Source: Solirubrobacterales bacterium (lineage in GTDB: Bacteria; Actinomycetota; Thermoleophilia; Solirubrobacterales; Solirubrobacteraceae). From it: a stretch of 64,000 nucleotides of DNA. The position numbers and the translations under genes are program-made. The notes under the pieces were generated by a model. It searched no databases. It was not told where the DNA came from and saw only the letters and a program-made list of their open reading frames with translations. The DNA is taken from the NCBI GenBank assembly GCA_044446485.1, contig JBIOEX010000003.1, forward strand, positions 18,217-82,216, written 5' to 3'. Position 1 is the stretch's first letter; each line of letters begins with the position of its first letter. This document shows, in pieces, positions 60,117-64,000 of the stretch.

Positions 60117-61208
60117 GTGTTGGTTCGCCGCTTCATCAGCACCTGCCTCGTGGCGCTCAGCCTGAGCCTCGCTTTCCTCGGTCCTTCCGCCCAGGCAGCA
60201 ACGCAGGCCGGAACCCCCTACGTCGACGGGATCTCAGACCAGAGCCTCCCGGCCTGGGACGGTGGTTTTTCCGGCAGCTATTTCGCCGGGCGCTTCCATG
60301 ACATGTGGGTCGGCAGTCCTCCGTCGCACATCACGCTTGCGCGCTACGTGGTGCAGTGGAATGTCATGGACGGCGACTACCCCAGATACCGTGGCGAATT
60401 CGAAGCGTGGCTGGCAGACATCAACAATCTGGGACTCACTGCCGATGTCGCTCTGAGTAGCTACGACGGCATCTATCCATCTGCGGCGGAATATCAGACG
60501 AGCCTCGAGCAAGTCCTCGATCTGGCCAGCGATATGGGTCACCCGATCCGTTACCTAGAGGCGTGGAACGAGCCGAACAGCCAGGGCAACGAGAGCGCCG
60601 TGAAAGCTGCTGGGTTTACGAACGGCGCCTACGCCGCTTGCGAACATGGATATGGCTGCACGATCATTGCTGGGAATTTTGAAGACAATCCCAAACTGCC
60701 TGCATACCAAGAAGAATATGTAAAGGATCTCCATCCCGTTCCTGCGATCTGGGGGGTTCACCCTTACTATTCCGTCGAACAGGAGAGCGAAGAACCCTTC
60801 CTGACGTTCCGGGAGCACCTTCCCAACAAAGGTATCGGTGAGCAGATCTGGTTCACCGAGATCGCTGCCCGCAGGTGCGTGGACTCGGGCGGCCAGATTG
60901 TGGAAAACGGCGAAGTTGGGCAAGCCGAACGAGCGAGCTGGCTGGTGAACACGCTGATGCGCAACGCCAAGCCGGAGCACGTCTTTTACTACGAGTTCTT
61001 GTTGAAGGACCGCCGGCAGCCTTCGTGCCAGGCCGAAGGAGCCGACGGGGCGCTGTATGCCCCGAGCAGCGACCCGAATGTGCCGGATCGGGCACGAGCA
61101 GCGGCGAGCTATATCTGGGATGGGGAAGGCTCCTCGCGGGGATATATCGACGGCGCCTTCATGGCCAACGCCGCCCAGCGGACTCTCACGGGCGCCGTGG
61201 GTCTCTAG
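60117..61208 (+). CDS. Secreted clan GH-A-like glycoside hydrolase
   Basis: Signal peptide, ARYVVQWN, EAWNEPN, WGVHPY, IWFTE; TATCCT 6 nt before GTG. Confidence 0.75.
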   Translation: MLVRRFISTCLVALSLSLAFLGPSAQAATQAGTPYVDGISDQSLPAWDGGFSGSYFAGRFHDMWVGSPPSHITLARYVVQWNVMDGDYPRYRGEFEAWLADINNLGLTADVALSSYDGIYPSAAEYQTSLEQVLDLASDMGHPIRYLEAWNEPNSQGNESAVKAAGFTNGAYAACEHGYGCTIIAGNFEDNPKLPAYQEEYVKDLHPVPAIWGVHPYYSVEQESEEPFLTFREHLPNKGIGEQIWFTEIAARRCVDSGGQIVENGEVGQAERASWLVNTLMRNAKPEHVFYYEFLLKDRRQPSCQAEGADGALYAPSSDPNVPDRARAAASYIWDGEGSSRGYIDGAFMANAAQRTLTGAVGL

Positions 61209-61786
61209 GCGCGCCACTCTTCGAAGGCAAGTTCGGGGCGAGTGCCCTCGACCGCCATGGCCGCTGTCGCGGCCGGTCTGGCAGGCAGCTCGGTGCTCCA
61301 CAGATTGGCGGCCGGATTGGCAGGCGCGCAGGTGAGCCCGGTTCCAAGGCACTTGACGGCGGCCTCGCGCAGGGTCCACGCGCGCAGGAGCTCGGGGGTA
61401 TAGCGCGGGCGTGTGCGCTCGACATCCACTCCGACCTCCCTGCCGGCGGTCACTGCCAAGAGGAGGATCTCACCCGAGTGGGACAGGTTGAAGCGCAGAT
61501 CGGTCGTCAACCCTCCCTCCTCGCGATGCAGCGCGGGCTTGCCGTGGGGGCCGGGGACGAAGCGCAGCGTGCGTGGATCGCAGTCGAGATAGCGGCCGAG
61601 GAGCGCTCGCAGGATGCCCCGCGAACGAGCCCACCGGATGCGGCGGCGATCGGGGACGATCCGTGCCGCTCGTGCGAGCTCCTGTGTGCAGAGCAGGTTC
61701 TCGAGTCCGTCCCCGGCCACGGCCAGGTCGGCGTGCCACACGTGGACGATGCCCTTTGCTGCCCGCACTGGCAGGCATGTTGGCAT
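61205..61786 (-). CDS. 4'-phosphopantetheinyl transferase (Sfp-like, shortened)
   Basis: HGKPAL, FNLSHSG, VGVDVE, WTLREAAVK; start uncertain. Confidence 0.82.
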   Translation of the reverse strand: MPTCLPVRAAKGIVHVWHADLAVAGDGLENLLCTQELARAARIVPDRRRIRWARSRGILRALLGRYLDCDPRTLRFVPGPHGKPALHREEGGLTTDLRFNLSHSGEILLLAVTAGREVGVDVERTRPRYTPELLRAWTLREAAVKCLGTGLTCAPANPAANLWSTELPARPAATAAMAVEGTRPELAFEEWRA

Positions 61787-61789
61787 CCT

Positions 61790-62788
61790 ATGCCGATGCG
61801 TGATCGTCTGGAGTTCCTCAGGGAGCGCACCAACGGCTACACCGTTACGCCAGTGCAGTACCTGCGTGTGGCCTACGTCGCGCTGGGCGCGCTGACGCTG
61901 ATCGTGCTGAGCGGCGCCGCCGTGAGGCTGACCGGATCTGGCCTCGGCTGTCCGGACTGGCCGAAGTGCTACGGCAACGCCTACCCGCCGCTGAATGCCC
62001 ACGCGTTGATCGAGTTCTCCAACCGCGTGCTGACCGGCCCGGTATCGCTCGCCGCCGGAGCCGCGTGGCTGGGAGCGCTTCGCCGCCGGCCGTACCGGCG
62101 CGACCTGATGTGGCTGGGTGCGCTGCTGCCGCTGGGGGTGGTTGGTCAGGCCGTGCTCGGCGGCTTCACCGTCAGAGGCGCGCTCGACTACGGCTGGGTC
62201 ATGGGCCACTTCGCGCTTTCGATGCTGATTCTCGTCGCCGCCGTGGTGCTGGCTTGGCGGGCGAGCGAGGAGCCCGGCGAGCGTCAGCGCGGCGGGACGC
62301 CGCCCGACCGGATGCTGATCTGGTCGCTGCGTGCGCTGGTGGGGCTTGGGGCGCTGACGATCTTCGCGGGGACAGCCGCCACTGCTGCGGGCCCGCACGC
62401 GGGCGGCTCGCCCGGCCAGAAGATCAACCGCCTGGACTTCGACGGGCGGGGAACGATGGATTTCGTCATCCACCGCCACGCCGAGATCGCGCTCGTGTTC
62501 AGCCTGTTGGCCGTCGGTGTGTGGTGGCTGGCGCGGGTGCGCGCTGCCGGTCCGCTGGTGCGGCGTGCGTTGAGCATCCTCTGCGTGCTGCTCGCTCTGC
62601 AGGGCGCGGTAGGACTGGACCAATACGAGACGCATCTCCCCACGGGGCTGGTCTGGGTGCACGTCGGCCTGGCCTGCTTGGCCTGGCTGTCGGCCCTCTG
62701 GGCGGCTTGCGCGGCGGGCCCTCTGGCACCGCGCACCGCGCCCTCTGGTGAGCGGCGCGTGGCCCCTTCGGCAGGGATTTCAGCCTGA
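61790..62788 (+). CDS. ctaA: Heme A synthase (COX15/CtaA)
   Basis: GAAVRLTGSGLGCPDWPKC, IEFSNR, QAVLGGFTV, GPHAG, several TM His residues. Confidence 0.9.
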   Translation: MPMRDRLEFLRERTNGYTVTPVQYLRVAYVALGALTLIVLSGAAVRLTGSGLGCPDWPKCYGNAYPPLNAHALIEFSNRVLTGPVSLAAGAAWLGALRRRPYRRDLMWLGALLPLGVVGQAVLGGFTVRGALDYGWVMGHFALSMLILVAAVVLAWRASEEPGERQRGGTPPDRMLIWSLRALVGLGALTIFAGTAATAAGPHAGGSPGQKINRLDFDGRGTMDFVIHRHAEIALVFSLLAVGVWWLARVRAAGPLVRRALSILCVLLALQGAVGLDQYETHLPTGLVWVHVGLACLAWLSALWAACAAGPLAPRTAPSGERRVAPSAGISA

Positions 62789-62908
62789 GCTTGGAATAGT
62801 TCCCCGGAAATTAGGGCTTCTATCGGGCTGAAATGGGGCGGTTTGGAACGCCACCGTCCTAACCAGCGGTTAGCCTGCGGGGAGCAACGACACTCGAGAA
62901 GGGATGCC

Positions 62909-63181
62909 ATGACCAAGAACGAGCTAGCTGAGAAGGTCGCAGGACGCACCGGGTTGGCTGCCAGCCAGGCCCGCGAGGCGCTGGAGGCGACGATCGACGT
63001 GGTCTCCAGCGAGTTGGCTGCCGGGGGTGAGGTCGCGCTTGCCGGCTTCGGCAAGTTCAGCGTCAGCCAGCGCGCTGCACGGCTGGGACGTAACCCATCC
63101 ACGGGCGAGACGATCAACATCGCAGCCAGCAAAGCGGCGAAGTTCTCCGCTGCGAGCGCGCTGAAGAAGCGTCTCAACTGA
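62909..63181 (+). CDS. hup: DNA-binding protein HU
   Basis: MTKNELAEKVA, GFGKF, RAARLGRNPSTGE. Confidence 0.95.
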   Translation: MTKNELAEKVAGRTGLAASQAREALEATIDVVSSELAAGGEVALAGFGKFSVSQRAARLGRNPSTGETINIAASKAAKFSAASALKKRLN

Positions 63182-63205
63182 ACCCTGCCCCGCGCTGTAA
63201 TCCCT

Positions 63206-63239
63206 AGTGTCACCGGCCCTGCGTGGGCCGGTGAGCACT
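63206..63239 (+). terminator. GC-rich hairpin downstream of hup
   Basis: AGTG-TCACCGGCCC-tgcgt-GGGCCGGTGA-GCACT. Confidence 0.55.
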
Positions 63240-63384
63240 GGGCGGCGTAGCGCAGGACACCGGATAGGGCAGCTCCTGCGGGGCGCCGCGTTCCTGCGGC
63301 GGACCGGTAGGATGCCGCCAGCATGACCGTCGCTTCACTCACCCACCGCCGCAGCACCCGCGCAGGCGCTGAGGGGAGAACCGG

Positions 63385-64000
63385 ATGAGCTCCGCTCCAG
63401 GCTGGGGTTCATGGAACTTCAACCCGATCGTGATCCTCGCGCTGCTGGGTGCGGGTGTCCTCTATACGCGCATGTACCGCCGCGCAGGTAAGCGATCCTC
63501 AACGCGTCCGCCCGGCGCCGGCCACTGGCTGCCCTACGCGGGTGGGCTGCTGATACTGGCCGTGGCGCTGATCTCACCGCTGGACAGCATCGGCGATCGC
63601 TGGCTGCTGTCGGCGCACATGATGCAGCACGTGCTGTTGTCTGACATCGCGCCCGCGCTACTCGTGCTCGGCCTGCGCTCGCCCGTGCTGCCTCTGGGCC
63701 TGTCGCGGAGGGCGCTGGCTGCAGTAGCGCCGGGGGGGCGCTCCGGTCGTGTGCTGGCGCGGCTCACCTCGCCATGGCTGGCGATTCCGCTGTGGGCGCT
63801 GGCGACGTGGGTATGGGCGATCCCGAGCGTGTTCGATTACGTCGCCCAGCACTCGGTGCTGCACGCCTTCGAGCACGCGACGCTCTTCTACACGGGGTTG
63901 GCGATCTGGTGGCTGATCATCGACCCGCTCCCCCGCGCGCGGTTGCGCCCCAACGGCGAGCGGCTGGCGCTGCTGGGCTTCACACGGTTGGCCAGCGCGT
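63385..64000 (+). CDS. ctaG: Cytochrome c oxidase assembly protein (Caa3_CtaG family), 3' truncated
   Basis: Manual translation from ATG 63385: ALISPLD, SAHMMQHVLLSDIAPALLVLG, HAFEH; absent from ORF track because it runs off the window. Confidence 0.85.
   Translation, partial: MSSAPGWGSWNFNPIVILALLGAGVLYTRMYRRAGKRSSTRPPGAGHWLPYAGGLLILAVALISPLDSIGDRWLLSAHMMQHVLLSDIAPALLVLGLRSPVLPLGLSRRALAAVAPGGRSGRVLARLTSPWLAIPLWALATWVWAIPSVFDYVAQHSVLHAFEHATLFYTGLAIWWLIIDPLPRARLRPNGERLALLGFTRLASA

Noticed and set aside
60875-62788. 637-aa CtaA fusion and 485-aa PPTase fusion in the ORF track
   Set aside because: The extensions are antisense read-through over each other's genes; real domains begin near 61790 (+) and 61786 (-)
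63182-63320. Structured RNA (SRP, tRNA or riboswitch) after hup
   Set aside because: GC hairpins are present but no SRP, tRNA or riboswitch consensus was recognised; treated as a terminator

Overview
GC-rich actinobacterial chromosome segment; protein families and gene style suggest Thermoleophilia/Solirubrobacterales (inference). Left arm (1-8.3 kb): a desaturase block (ferredoxin reductase, DesA3-like and delta-9-like desaturases), an unusual membrane-anchored LuxR regulator, a GAF-GGDEF cyclase, a quinone oxidoreductase and a double-TetR regulator. 8.4-9.0 kb is a spacer holding two copies of a dispersed ~65-bp repeat, a 23-bp tandem array and decayed AAA-ATPase fragments. About 9-47 kb, plus 53.6-61.2 kb, is a large surface-glycan locus. 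It has about 12 glycosyltransferases, five SAM methyltransferases, a PAPS-type sulfotransferase, Wzt/Wzm, Wzx, a GT-C module, two DegT aminotransferases, two acetyltransferases, an AsnB-like amidotransferase, two Gfo/Idh/MocA oxidoreductases, a divergent glucuronyl C5-epimerase homolog, a secreted arylsulfotransferase, RmlC and two secreted GH-A proteins. Also present: two tandem secreted paralogs, a P450, an isobutyryl-CoA mutase-type large subunit, a PPTase, ctaA, HU and a partial ctaG. Best candidates for new biology: (i) a sulfate/methyl glycan-capping and length-control system built on shared coiled-coil + SWxxTxPLR tails; (ii) a sulfated, C5-epimerised uronate surface polymer; (iii) a one-component TM-LuxR regulator beside the desaturases; (iv) a repeat-associated hotspot of ATPase remnants. 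No rRNA, tRNA, CRISPR or intact transposase was recognised. All calls come from reading motifs by eye; no database searches were run.
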